Origin: Candidatus Saccharimonadales bacterium
Lineage (GTDB): Bacteria > Patescibacteriota > Saccharimonadia > Saccharimonadales > JAYRRP01
Length of the DNA: 64,000 bases
NCBI GenBank assembly: GCA_041910055.1
Contig: JAYRRP010000003.1
Coordinates: 237,973-301,972 of the forward strand
Reading direction: 5' to 3'
Shown here piece by piece: positions 18,577 through 27,846 of this stretch. The first letter of the stretch is position 1. Every line of letters begins with the position of its first letter. The notes beneath the pieces were generated by a model. The model made no database searches. It was given only the letters and a program-made list of their open reading frames with translations, and was not told the origin of the DNA. The translations under genes were made by a program, and so were the position numbers.

Positions 18577-18996
18577 ATGGCAGATGATCAAGAAGTAACT
18601 TCCCAAAAATCAAAGATTATTTCTCGTAAAGAGGTAAAACTTAATGTGCCAGTACTTCGGGTACCCGCCCCTTTTCAGGGTTTTGTTGATTTTGTCCGCC
18701 AACAGGGGGTGATTGGACTTGCAGTTGGGTTAGTACTTGGTTCAGCAGCCAAAACTGTAGTGGATTCATTGGTAGCAAATGTATTTAACCCAATTATAGG
18801 TCTGCTTACTGGTGGTATTGACTTGAGTCAAAAATATATTTGCCTACAGCATGACAGTGTGGGTGTATGCACTGCGAAGTTAGGGTATGGACGTCTTATT
18901 AGTGACATCATTGCCTTTTTAACGGTTGCATTCGTAATGTTCTTAGTTGTCCACATGCTGAAACTTGACCGTTTAGATAAGAAAAAAGCGGCATAA
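18577..18996 (+). CDS. mscL: large-conductance mechanosensitive channel
   Basis: FVDFVRQQGVIGLAVGLVLG...NPIIGLL is typical MscL. ATG 18577 is preceded by AGGAG. Confidence 0.85.
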   Translation: MADDQEVTSQKSKIISRKEVKLNVPVLRVPAPFQGFVDFVRQQGVIGLAVGLVLGSAAKTVVDSLVANVFNPIIGLLTGGIDLSQKYICLQHDSVGVCTAKLGYGRLISDIIAFLTVAFVMFLVVHMLKLDRLDKKKAA

Positions 18997-19025
18997 ATAT
19001 TACTCTTCTACTTCAGAAGCACAAG

Positions 19026-19034
19026 TGCTATACT
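19026..19034 (+). promoter_or_regulatory. extended -10 (TGcTATACT) of a short leader transcript upstream of pyrB
   Basis: TGCTATACT at 19026-19034, about 8 nt before the AGGAG of the leader ORF. Confidence 0.45.
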
Positions 19035-19054
19035 CACCAGCCAGGAGCGAAAGC

Positions 19055-19159
19055 ATGAGCACGCACAACAATTTTGTAAAGCAAACGTGGAGCGACGGGA
19101 AACCGTCGCTTTTTTTATGGGGAGGACATGATGGAAGCAATGCCGCCAGAACCAATTAA
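19055..19159 (+). CDS. candidate 34-aa leader peptide running through the pyrB attenuator
   Basis: AGGAG (19043-19047) lies 7 nt before ATG 19055. The ORF MSTHNNFVKQTWSDGKPSLFLWGGHDGSNAARTN crosses the terminator stem and T-tract and ends inside pyrB in another frame. Confidence 0.3.
   Translation: MSTHNNFVKQTWSDGKPSLFLWGGHDGSNAARTN
19091..19117 (+). terminator. intrinsic terminator/attenuator 10 nt upstream of the pyrB start
   Basis: AGCGACGG-GAAA-CCGTCGCT forms an 8-bp stem with a GNRA-type loop, followed by TTTTTTA. Confidence 0.75.
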
Positions 19160-20189
19160 TGGCGATTTTACTGGCAAGGATATCATATCTATTAGTCAGT
19201 TTGATCGACCAGATGTGCAGCGGCTATTCCATGAAGCTGAGGCAATGGGTCGCTTGGATGATACACAGGCAGAAAACTTTGAACAGGTGCCAGACGGCAG
19301 TGATTTGCTGCGAGGAAAACGGCTGGCTAACTTGTTTTATGAGCCCTCTACTCGTACTTCATCTTCCTTTGCTGCTGCAGCGCAAGCCCTAGGCGGTTCT
19401 GTGATTTCCATTAATGAAGTGAACTATTCTTCTGTTGCCAAAGGTGAGGACCTAGAAGACACTGTGCGTACTCTTGAACAATATGCTCACATGGTTGTTC
19501 TTCGCCACAAAGAAGTCGGTTCGGCGACGCTCGCGGCGGCGGCGATTGAAAAACCGCTTATCAATGCCGGTGATGGAGTAGGTGAACACCCAACCCAAGC
19601 TCTACTGGATCTCTACACAATTCATGAGGAACGAGGACACATCGATGAGTTAAATGTTACCTTAATGGGTGACCTTAAACATGGCCGAACGGTACATTCG
19701 CTAGCCCGTCTCCTCTCAAAATATGACGCAACCCTTAACTACGTCTCACCTGAATCTCTAGCGATGCCATCACATATAGTAAAAGAACTGGAAGCGGAAG
19801 GGATTGTCCAAAACCAAACTTCAAACCTAAATGAAGTGCTACCTGATACTGACGCATTGTATATGACAAGAGTGCAGAAGGAACGTTTTGAGGATCAAAA
19901 TGAGTACTAAGCGGTACAAGGTTCATATGTTATCGACTCTCCTACGATGATGCGTGCACCAGCTAACATGGTACTCATGCATCCTTTACCGCGTGTAGGC
20001 GAGATTGATAAACAAGTAGATAATGATCCTAGAGCGGCTTATTTTCGACAAATGAAATACGGTTTGCATATTCGCATGGGTTTGCTTGCGCTTGTAAATG
20101 GAAAAACTCTATTACAACGGGAGAGGCCTACGCCGAATCAACTATCACTTGAAGGGATGACTCCATGGGAGATGGCAATTGGCGCGTAA
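19128..20189 (+). pseudogene. pyrB: aspartate carbamoyltransferase catalytic chain interrupted by one in-frame TAA (19908-19910)
   Basis: ORFs 19128-19910 and 19947-20189 are in the same frame. STRTS, HPTQ, GDLKHGRTVHS and ...[10 protein letters not shown]... motifs are all present. Through-translation reads ..[32 protein letters not shown]. Confidence 0.85.
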
Positions 20190-20553
20190 GTTAACACCCG
20201 AACAATACCGGGTCTTACGTCAAAAGGGTACCGAGGCGCCGTTTACAGGTAAGTTTCTTCATCATAAAGCCGAGGGTACCTATGTATGTGCAGGCTGCGG
20301 AGCAGTCTTATTCTCAAGTCAGCAAAAATTTGATTCCGGTAGCGGCTGGCCCAGTTTTTATGATGTGGCCAAAAGTGGCAATGTTGAACTCAAAACAGAT
20401 AAATCGCACGGAATGAGCAGAGTAGAAGTGCTATGCCATCAATGTGGTGGTCATTTAGGACACGTGTTTGATGATGCGCCACAACAGCCTACAGGTAAGA
20501 GGTATTGCATTAATTCGTGCGCACTTGATTTTAAGCCAGATAAGACAAACTAA
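20179..20553 (+). CDS. msrB: peptide-methionine (R)-S-oxide reductase
   Basis: [18 protein letters not shown], CxxC...CxxC zinc site and GHLGHVFDD are typical MsrB. TTG start after GGGAG. Confidence 0.9.
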   Translation: MARKLTPEQYRVLRQKGTEAPFTGKFLHHKAEGTYVCAGCGAVLFSSQQKFDSGSGWPSFYDVAKSGNVELKTDKSHGMSRVEVLCHQCGGHLGHVFDDAPQQPTGKRYCINSCALDFKPDKTN

Positions 20554-20597
20554 TCCTCTGACCGAGAAAGCGACGCCTTTAAGGTACAATCATATAT

Positions 20598-21821
20598 GTG
20601 AACCGGGTGTATCGGTATGGTGGAAAGTCCAGTAAACATTCTTTGATTTTCTATGTGGTGATTTTGATGAGTCTTCTGCTGATAGGGTTGATTGGCTGGC
20701 GGATCGTCAATCGTGCGCCTCCTAACCACCAAACTGCACGTCCGTCTTCTGCTGTGTCTAATCCTGAATCGGCTACTACCTGGACTATTCAGGGTCGTTA
20801 TTTACTCAATGGGACGATAGTATGGGCCAGGGGCATAGAAAAATGGTCGCAACGGCCGAATGGGAGCTATGATTACGCGCATCCTTTCAGCGGGCTGCCT
20901 ACTTTTAATCGAGGTCAGTATGATGCATGGGTAGCAGATTTAGAATGTCCTATTACTGACAAGACTATCCCATTCCAAACCCAGGTTGATGACCTGATGT
21001 TTAATTGCCGTCCGGAGTACTTAAATGAAGCAGCCAAATATTTTAATTTATTTGATCTGGCTAATAACCATACTGACAATATGCAGCACGAGGGATTACT
21101 TTCAACCCGTAAATATCTTGATGATGCAAAAGTACAATATTTTGGTAATTATGACCCGGGTGTACCTGAAGATACCTGTGAAGTTATAAGTTTGCCGGTA
21201 AAAGCAGTACAAAAAGACAAACCGCCCAAAGGAGGTGCTTTACCAGTCGCCTTTTGCGCTTGGCACTACTTTTATCGCACACCAAAAGAAGGCGAAATCG
21301 AACGCATGCGTGAGTATGCTAAAGTGATGCCCGTATTTGCCTTTGTCCATGCTGGTGTAGAGTACCGAGAAAGTGCAGATGACAACCAAGTAAGTACGGC
21401 GCACAAGGTTATTGACCAAAATGCCGAATTTGTAATTGTAAACAATCCTCACTGGGTTCAGAACAGCGAAGTATACAAGGGTAAACTTATTGTCTACTCG
21501 ACAGGTAATTTTATTTTTGACCAACTTGATAGCGAGGGTATGAGGAGTGCAAGTATTGATGTGACTATGACTATGCCTTATGACCAAACCACCGAAAAAT
21601 GGTTAGAGCTGGGCTCGACATGCAGTAAGTGGCATGATGACTGCTTAAAATATGTAAAAGAGAAAGGATTATCAAAACCTAAATTAAGCCTCACATATCA
21701 AGTAGTGGCTGGCGATAATAGTAATCACCTCACTAAACGCGGCAGCCTCACCTTACAACAAGCAGTTGAGAATCGCTTGGGGTGGCAGCGAACAATCAAG
21801 GAGTTAGGACAGAAACAATAA
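20598..21821 (+). CDS. CapA/PgsA-like membrane-anchored metallophosphoesterase family protein
   Basis: N-terminal TM; ADLECPIT, LANNHTDN and NPHW...STGNFIFDQ motifs resemble the CapA family. GTG start 7 nt after TACAAT. Confidence 0.6.
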   Translation: MNRVYRYGGKSSKHSLIFYVVILMSLLLIGLIGWRIVNRAPPNHQTARPSSAVSNPESATTWTIQGRYLLNGTIVWARGIEKWSQRPNGSYDYAHPFSGLPTFNRGQYDAWVADLECPITDKTIPFQTQVDDLMFNCRPEYLNEAAKYFNLFDLANNHTDNMQHEGLLSTRKYLDDAKVQYFGNYDPGVPEDTCEVISLPVKAVQKDKPPKGGALPVAFCAWHYFYRTPKEGEIERMREYAKVMPVFAFVHAGVEYRESADDNQVSTAHKVIDQNAEFVIVNNPHWVQNSEVYKGKLIVYSTGNFIFDQLDSEGMRSASIDVTMTMPYDQTTEKWLELGSTCSKWHDDCLKYVKEKGLSKPKLSLTYQVVAGDNSNHLTKRGSLTLQQAVENRLGWQRTIKELGQKQ

Positions 21822-21846
21822 TCGACAAGGTATAATAAAAACCAAC

Positions 21847-22395
21847 GTGACAAAAGAAGACTTTCCGACAAAGCTATTTTGGGTAGACCTGGAAATGACA
21901 GGACTCGACCCGCAGAAGGATCTTATCCTTGAAGTTGCGGCCGAGATAACAGATTTTAACTTTAAGACACTGGCCAGTTATGAGGCTTGCGTTAAACAGT
22001 CCCGTGATACAGTGGCGAGCAGAATGCAGTCTAATCTCTGGTGGCGGGATTTTCCAGATAATCGTGATGAATTTTTGCACAAACTTGACCAAGGAAAACC
22101 TATGCGCCAAGTCGAGCAAGAGCTAGTGGCAATACTGGGAGAACAATTTGGTGATGAGCAGGCGGTGCTGGCTGGAAACTCCATTCACAATGACCGTAAT
22201 TTTATTCGTCACTGGTGGCCCGCTCTCGATCTTAAGCTTCACTACCGTATGTTAGACGTGAGTAGTTTTAAAGTGTTGATGCAGGGTAAATATGGTGAAA
22301 AGTTTGAAAAGAAGGAAGTCCATCGGGCGTTTGATGACATTCAAGCGTCAATTGCCGAGCTGCAGCATTATCTCGATGTCTTACAACGACCGTAA
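21847..22395 (+). CDS. orn: oligoribonuclease
   Basis: LFWVDLEMTGLDP...ILEVA DEDDh exonuclease motifs, 182 aa, GTG start. Confidence 0.9.
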   Translation: MTKEDFPTKLFWVDLEMTGLDPQKDLILEVAAEITDFNFKTLASYEACVKQSRDTVASRMQSNLWWRDFPDNRDEFLHKLDQGKPMRQVEQELVAILGEQFGDEQAVLAGNSIHNDRNFIRHWWPALDLKLHYRMLDVSSFKVLMQGKYGEKFEKKEVHRAFDDIQASIAELQHYLDVLQRP

Positions 22396-22415
22396 AAGTT
22401 GATACAATCACATTT

Positions 22416-22748
22416 ATGACACATAAAAGGGTTGAGGATTACTTATTAGGATTGCCAGACGCAGTTCTGGATTATCCGTTTGGCGAACAAGTTGCGGTTT
22501 ACAAGATTAACGGTAAAATGTTTGCCCTGGTGGCTGAAAAATCCTCACCAGTACGTATCAGTTTGAAGTGTGACCCACAACTTTCAGAATTACTTCGTCA
22601 AAAGTATGAGAGCGTTATGCCGGGTTACCATTTAAATAAGAAACACTGGATAACCGTGGTGATGAGCGGACAACTTAGCTGGCAAGAAATAAAAGACCTC
22701 ATTAACCTTAGTTATAATCAGGTAAAGGGTTTACCTACCACAAAGTGA
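22416..22748 (+). CDS. MmcQ/YjbR family protein
   Basis: 110 aa; YPFGEQVAVYKINGKMFALV pattern of the YjbR family. Extended -10 TGaTACAAT ends 7 nt before the ATG. Confidence 0.7.
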   Translation: MTHKRVEDYLLGLPDAVLDYPFGEQVAVYKINGKMFALVAEKSSPVRISLKCDPQLSELLRQKYESVMPGYHLNKKHWITVVMSGQLSWQEIKDLINLSYNQVKGLPTTK

Positions 22749-23411
22749 TTAGTTTTGACTGGAGGATGAGGTATTATCTGTCGTATCAAGGCCCAGAAGT
22801 ATACTGACGTCTTTGAAGTTTTTGGCTAATACCTCTTTTTCAGTCTTATTGGTACTCCCTTTATACGTTTCCTGTAAACGCTGGCGGTAAGCTAGTAGCT
22901 GGGCGCGAACTGTTTCCGAAAATGTGTCGTCGAAGCGGTTGGTAAGGAAGGCTTCATTGAGCAATTGATCAGTTTTCGCATTCTTCTTTTTGCTTAACAA
23001 TTGTATATTAAGCTTATGGCCTCGTTTTTTAAGAAGTGCCAAAATTTCTTTTTGAGAGGTATCAATACTGAGTCTTACATTCACGGCAAAATCTTTCGCT
23101 GCTGAAGTGCGTGCCTTAGAGGTCCCAATGTCAGCTATTCGCATGAGTTCTTGTTGTTCTTGAGCGATACTTACCATTCGGGCAGTTGTTTGCTTACTAG
23201 CCCGCGTCAGGAAGTAAGAAGCAATCATACTTAGTAGAATAAATCCCACAATACCGATAATGACTACCATAATTCGGGACTTCTTTGAGCTGCCAGCACC
23301 AAATGGATTGCCTGATTTTTTGGGCGTATTTGGTTTCATTATGAAGTCATAAGAACTATTTCCGCTAGGGGATGAAGCGGTGGCAGCTGCAGAATAAATC
23401 ATGGGTACCAT
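22749..23411 (-). CDS. single-pass membrane protein, hypothetical
   Basis: Disordered N-terminus, one TM (IMVVIIGIVGFILLSMIASYFL), then a helical extracytoplasmic domain. Confidence 0.5.
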   Translation of the reverse strand: MVPMIYSAAATASSPSGNSSYDFIMKPNTPKKSGNPFGAGSSKKSRIMVVIIGIVGFILLSMIASYFLTRASKQTTARMVSIAQEQQELMRIADIGTSKARTSAAKDFAVNVRLSIDTSQKEILALLKKRGHKLNIQLLSKKKNAKTDQLLNEAFLTNRFDDTFSETVRAQLLAYRQRLQETYKGSTNKTEKEVLAKNFKDVSILLGLDTTDNTSSSSQN

Positions 23412-23457
23412 TTAATCATAAGTAGGTTCATGTTCCCAGAAGGGAGTAGCGTACAAT

Positions 23458-25239
23458 ATGCCTATGGACGCCGTGGAGGACATAAAATCCCGTTTGAGTA
23501 TAGAGGATGTTATTGGTCGTTATGTGGAGTTAAAACGGGCGGGACGAAACTTCAAGGGCTTAAGTCCCTTTACGAATGAGAAGACCCCAAGCCTTATGGT
23601 TAGTCCCGAAAAGCAAATCTGGCACGATTTTAGCTCTGGCAAAGGGGGAAATATATTCAGCTTCGTCATGGAAATGGAAGGGGTTGATTTTAAAGGAGCT
23701 TTAGAACAGTTAGCGCGCCAAGCAGGGGTAGATCTAAGTCTATATCGTAGTAATGCCCAGGCTGGGCGAAGTCGACAAAAAGAACGGCTGCAGGAAGCAT
23801 TAGAGCTGGCAACGAGGTACTACCAGGTCCAATTAACCAAAAATACTGATGCTCTCACCTATGTTCGGCGACAAAGACGGTTTAAGAAAGAGACGATGTT
23901 GGAGTTTCGCCTTGGTTATGCGCCAGATGATGGAACAGCATTAACGCGTGTGCTAACCCGCAAAGGTTTTCAGCCACAAGAACTGAAGGCTGCTGGTCTT
24001 ACAACTCTACGCTATCAACGTCCAACTGATATGTTCCGGGGGAGGCTAATGATCCCGTTAATGGATCCTTTTGGCAAGGTAGTAGGCTTTACTGCTCGCT
24101 TACTTATTGATAATCCGAATGCACCTAAATATATTAATACCTCCCAAACGGTGTTGTACGACAAGAGCCGGCATATCTTTGGATTACATCTAGCGAAACA
24201 GGCAATTCGCCAATCTAAATTTGCGGTCTTGGTCGAGGGTAACCTAGACGTAATAGCTAGCCACCAAGCGGGAATACATCAAACGGTGGCTACGGCTGGG
24301 ACTGCCGTTACTGAACCACACCTCAAGGCATTGGGCCGCTTGACGCATGATGTTCGCTTAGCCTTTGACCAAGATGAAGCAGGTTTACGAGCAACTGAAC
24401 GGGCGATTCCTCTGGCAAACAAAAGTGGTTTGAGCCTAAGTATTATTACAATTTCGGGTGGTAAGGATCCAGATGAGGTTATTCGAAAAGATCCGCACCT
24501 TTGGGCGCGGACAGTTCAGGACTCGCAATATGCAATTGATTGGCTGATTAGCCACTACCAGAAACAAACCGATATTGGTACTGCGGAAGGGAAGCGAAAG
24601 TTTAGTGATAATATTTTACCCATCATAAGAGGCTTAACAGACACTGTTGAACAGGATCATTACCTCCGTCAACTGGCTGATTTATTAGGTGTCAGTCAAG
24701 AGTCATTAAAAGCCAAATTTCTACGCCATGGTAAACAGACTCCTCTGATACGCCGTAAGACAGTACCACCGCAGGCATTGGATCCGGTACAAATTGATAG
24801 CGTGAAGGCTCAGAATCAGCTTCTGGCGCTTGCCTGGGCTTTACCAAGTATCCGGCCTTTCTTAAAAACTCTCTTACCAGAGATGTTACCAGACAAACCG
24901 GCTCGCCAAATACTACAGTTTCTACACAATAATCCGGACTACAATAACCCCGAAGATGACCACCCCTTGTTGAAAGAAGTTAACGATTATGTTAGAATCT
25001 TAAAATTATTATATGAAGAGTTCTACCAGGGCCTCGAGGTTATGGAGCTTCGCTACGAAGCCGCTCGATTGCAGGTACGCTTGGTAGAAAGGTATGTAAA
25101 ATCGCAAAAAGCAGAGCTGGCCTTACAAATGAGGACAGCCAATGAAACACAAACAAAAGCTCTTTTAAATAGAGCGAAAGAATTAGACAAATTACTACAA
25201 TCTATGGAGGAGGTAGAAAAAGCCTATGGTACAGGATAA
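23458..25239 (+). CDS. dnaG: DNA primase
   Basis: CHC2 zinc-finger region (...[15 protein letters not shown]...[11 protein letters not shown]), TOPRIM ([10 protein letters not shown]...DQDEAG). Confidence 0.93.
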   Translation: MPMDAVEDIKSRLSIEDVIGRYVELKRAGRNFKGLSPFTNEKTPSLMVSPEKQIWHDFSSGKGGNIFSFVMEMEGVDFKGALEQLARQAGVDLSLYRSNAQAGRSRQKERLQEALELATRYYQVQLTKNTDALTYVRRQRRFKKETMLEFRLGYAPDDGTALTRVLTRKGFQPQELKAAGLTTLRYQRPTDMFRGRLMIPLMDPFGKVVGFTARLLIDNPNAPKYINTSQTVLYDKSRHIFGLHLAKQAIRQSKFAVLVEGNLDVIASHQAGIHQTVATAGTAVTEPHLKALGRLTHDVRLAFDQDEAGLRATERAIPLANKSGLSLSIITISGGKDPDEVIRKDPHLWARTVQDSQYAIDWLISHYQKQTDIGTAEGKRKFSDNILPIIRGLTDTVEQDHYLRQLADLLGVSQESLKAKFLRHGKQTPLIRRKTVPPQALDPVQIDSVKAQNQLLALAWALPSIRPFLKTLLPEMLPDKPARQILQFLHNNPDYNNPEDDHPLLKEVNDYVRILKLLYEEFYQGLEVMELRYEAARLQVRLVERYVKSQKAELALQMRTANETQTKALLNRAKELDKLLQSMEEVEKAYGTG

Positions 25240-26353
25240 TTTACCATCAGAAGACCCTACAAGGTCCAGTCAAGAAGAAAAACAGCGAGAACTTGTTGAA
25301 AAAGCCAAAAAACAAGGTAATATTGACCAACGTGAAATTAATGACACTTTTCCAGATACGCCAGATAATGTAGATATTTTGGACCGCTTATATACTGCTC
25401 TGGCCGATGCAGGCATTAAGATAACTACTGCCAACGGTGCGGGCAATGGTGATTTTAATGATGAATGGTCATCGGAAGAGGAAGAAGAGCCTGCTATTAC
25501 TGAGCAGGTTTACTTGGACGATATTGCCGACGACTCAGTCCGGCTATACTTAAGAGAAATTGGCAAGATTCCCTTACTTAATGCTGAGCAAGAACTGGAG
25601 CTAGCGCAGCGGGTGGTGGCTGGCGACAAGGATGCTAAGGACAAGATGGCTGAAGCGAATATGCGGCTCGTGGTTAGCATCGCGAAGCGTTATGTAGGCC
25701 GGGGACTTGATCTCCTTGATCTTATCCAAGAGGGAAATACTGGCTTACTACGTGCTGTTGAAAAATTTGATCCAGACAAAGGATTTAAGTTCAGTACCTA
25801 TGCTACGTGGTGGATTCGGCAGGCAATTACTCGCGCCATTGCTGACCAGGCCCGTACTATCCGGATTCCGGTACATATGGTCGAGACTATTAACAAACTT
25901 CTTCGGACTCAACGTCGCCTTACTCAGGAATTAAACCGTGAACCCACCAACGAAGAAATCGCCGCTGCTATGGAAATAGACGTGGATAAAGTTGAACATA
26001 TTATGAAGATTAAGCAGGACATTTCCAGCCTTGATGCCAGCGTGCGGGACGATGAAGAAGATTCGGTTTTAGGTGACTTTATTGAGGATGAGGATACCAT
26101 CAGTCCAGAAGAGTCAGCCACAAACCAGTTACTCAAGGAACATGTCAAAGATATGTTGGGTGCACTTACTGAGCGGGAACAGAAAATATTAAAACTGCGT
26201 TTTGGCTTAGAAGATGGCAAGAGTCACACACTTGAAGAAGTGGGACAGGAGTTTAATGTGACGCGTGAGCGTATACGGCAAATAGAAGCAAAGGCGCTCG
26301 CAAAACTTCGTAAACACAAGGATGCGCGCAAGCTCCACGATTACATTAAGTAG
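25226..26353 (+). CDS. rpoD: primary RNA polymerase sigma factor
   Basis: Regions 1.2-4.2 are present ([52 protein letters not shown]). Overlaps the dnaG 3' end. Confidence 0.93.
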   Translation: MVQDNLPSEDPTRSSQEEKQRELVEKAKKQGNIDQREINDTFPDTPDNVDILDRLYTALADAGIKITTANGAGNGDFNDEWSSEEEEEPAITEQVYLDDIADDSVRLYLREIGKIPLLNAEQELELAQRVVAGDKDAKDKMAEANMRLVVSIAKRYVGRGLDLLDLIQEGNTGLLRAVEKFDPDKGFKFSTYATWWIRQAITRAIADQARTIRIPVHMVETINKLLRTQRRLTQELNREPTNEEIAAAMEIDVDKVEHIMKIKQDISSLDASVRDDEEDSVLGDFIEDEDTISPEESATNQLLKEHVKDMLGALTEREQKILKLRFGLEDGKSHTLEEVGQEFNVTRERIRQIEAKALAKLRKHKDARKLHDYIK

Positions 26354-26360
26354 CTCCTAA

Positions 26361-27164
26361 ATGATAAACCTTCATAATTACCACCGGGTGGTGGAATCGG
26401 TAGCCGCCGAAGCATATGCTTGCACTCCTGAAATGAGCCATAATGCTCATATCGACGAAAGCTGGCGACGGCGTCTAGGTTTTCGCGCGCTTGTGGGGGC
26501 TGCCAGAACATTTCCAGAAGTGTGGGACAAATTTTATGAGACAACTATGCTCGAAAGAGGCTATAAATATGTTGCTACCGGCAATGAACAATTGGTTGTG
26601 GCTCAGGAGGACACTGCTTTAAAAATAGACCGTGCTTCACTGGATATGGAATCAGACTCACGGCAAAGCCATGCGTACAAGAGGCAAGAGCTTTACGAAA
26701 TTGCAAGTCTGTATTTTGGTCAATATATTTTGCCGCAGACTGTTCAGGTGGAGACGGCGCCTCTTAAATATGCGGCTGAGGCAGTTGTCACTCGTCAGCC
26801 TTTCGTGGACATTGCAGTAGATGATTTACATCAAGCTCCTGAAAAGCTTTCTGAGCTTATAGATCGCCAGAGATTAAATGGTAGTTATATCGCTGAACAG
26901 ATTAATGTGTTCAGCAAAACTGCCAAAAATGTTCGTTGGTCAGAAGGCTTTGCACCGGATATTGGTGGCAGGGGTAACTTGGTTGTCGATGCCGATAGTA
27001 ATCTTGTTCTCCTTGATTCATATTTAACTACTCCAGAATTTCGTTCTCGCCCTTCAATCAAGCCTGGCTTTGAAACAATCGAACAAGAACACACAGCACT
27101 GACCGATAAGCTCTGGATGACGGCAAAAATGCTCGCTGAGTTATCGGGAGTACCTATATACTAA
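26361..27164 (+). CDS. hypothetical protein, possibly protein-kinase-like fold
   Basis: 267 aa. The order of ALKI, E-rich helix, VVTRQPFVD and DIGGRGNLVVDADSNLVLLDS is reminiscent of the VAIK / helix C / hinge / catalytic loop / DFG layout (weak). Confidence 0.5.
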   Translation: MINLHNYHRVVESVAAEAYACTPEMSHNAHIDESWRRRLGFRALVGAARTFPEVWDKFYETTMLERGYKYVATGNEQLVVAQEDTALKIDRASLDMESDSRQSHAYKRQELYEIASLYFGQYILPQTVQVETAPLKYAAEAVVTRQPFVDIAVDDLHQAPEKLSELIDRQRLNGSYIAEQINVFSKTAKNVRWSEGFAPDIGGRGNLVVDADSNLVLLDSYLTTPEFRSRPSIKPGFETIEQEHTALTDKLWMTAKMLAELSGVPIY

Positions 27165-27754
27165 TGTCTATGATAAAACTCATTGGACTTGCTGGCACCA
27201 ATGGCAGCGGTAAGGATACCGTAGGGCAAATGCTTGCCGAGCGTCACCATTTTTTGTTCGTTTCTGTGACTGACTTACTGCGGCAAGAAGCCAGAACAAA
27301 AAATTTACCTGTGGAGCGCGAAGTGCTACGTACCATAAGCTCACAATGGCGTAATGAAGGCGGCCAAGGGGTCCTGGTAGATAAAGCTTATTCTATGTAT
27401 GAATCTGCTGGCCAAAGTTCAGCTGGATTAGTAGTTGCCAGTTTACGGCACCCGGCAGAAGCAGATCGTGTGCATGAACTTGGTGGAATAGTAGTTTGGG
27501 TGGATGCTGATCCTAGAGTGCGTTACCAACGTGTTCAAGCTAATATGACTAGCCGTGGACGAGCTCAAGAAGACAGAAAAACTTTCCAGCAATTTTTGGC
27601 AGAAGAACAGGCCGAGATGACTGCAACAGCAAATGACGCAAATCTAGACATGTCTGGGGTTAAACAACGAGCGGACATTACACTGGATAATAGTAGTGAA
27701 GACATAGAAGTGTTCAAAGAACAGGCCGAGGAAGCCTTGTCACAAAACTTATAA
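27164..27754 (+). CDS. P-loop nucleotide (NMP/dNMP or dephospho-CoA-like) kinase family protein
   Basis: Walker A IGLAGTNGSGKDT at the extreme N-terminus, 196 aa. TAATG overlap with the upstream gene. Confidence 0.6.
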   Translation: MSMIKLIGLAGTNGSGKDTVGQMLAERHHFLFVSVTDLLRQEARTKNLPVEREVLRTISSQWRNEGGQGVLVDKAYSMYESAGQSSAGLVVASLRHPAEADRVHELGGIVVWVDADPRVRYQRVQANMTSRGRAQEDRKTFQQFLAEEQAEMTATANDANLDMSGVKQRADITLDNSSEDIEVFKEQAEEALSQNL

Positions 27755-27846
27755 TAGAATCTTATTGACTAATAAACATAAGCATGTTATCTTATATTTA
27801 TTCTAATTTAATATAACTAGCTTAATAAAAACAAAAAAGAAAAAAA

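Noticed and set aside
19035-19050. CACCAGCCAGGAGCG in the pyrB leader as a PyrR-binding loop (consensus roughly ARUCCAGAGAGGYU).
   Set aside because: It matches at only a few positions and is not presented in an anti-antiterminator hairpin. No pyrR gene is in the window. The AGGAG is better explained as the SD of the leader ORF.
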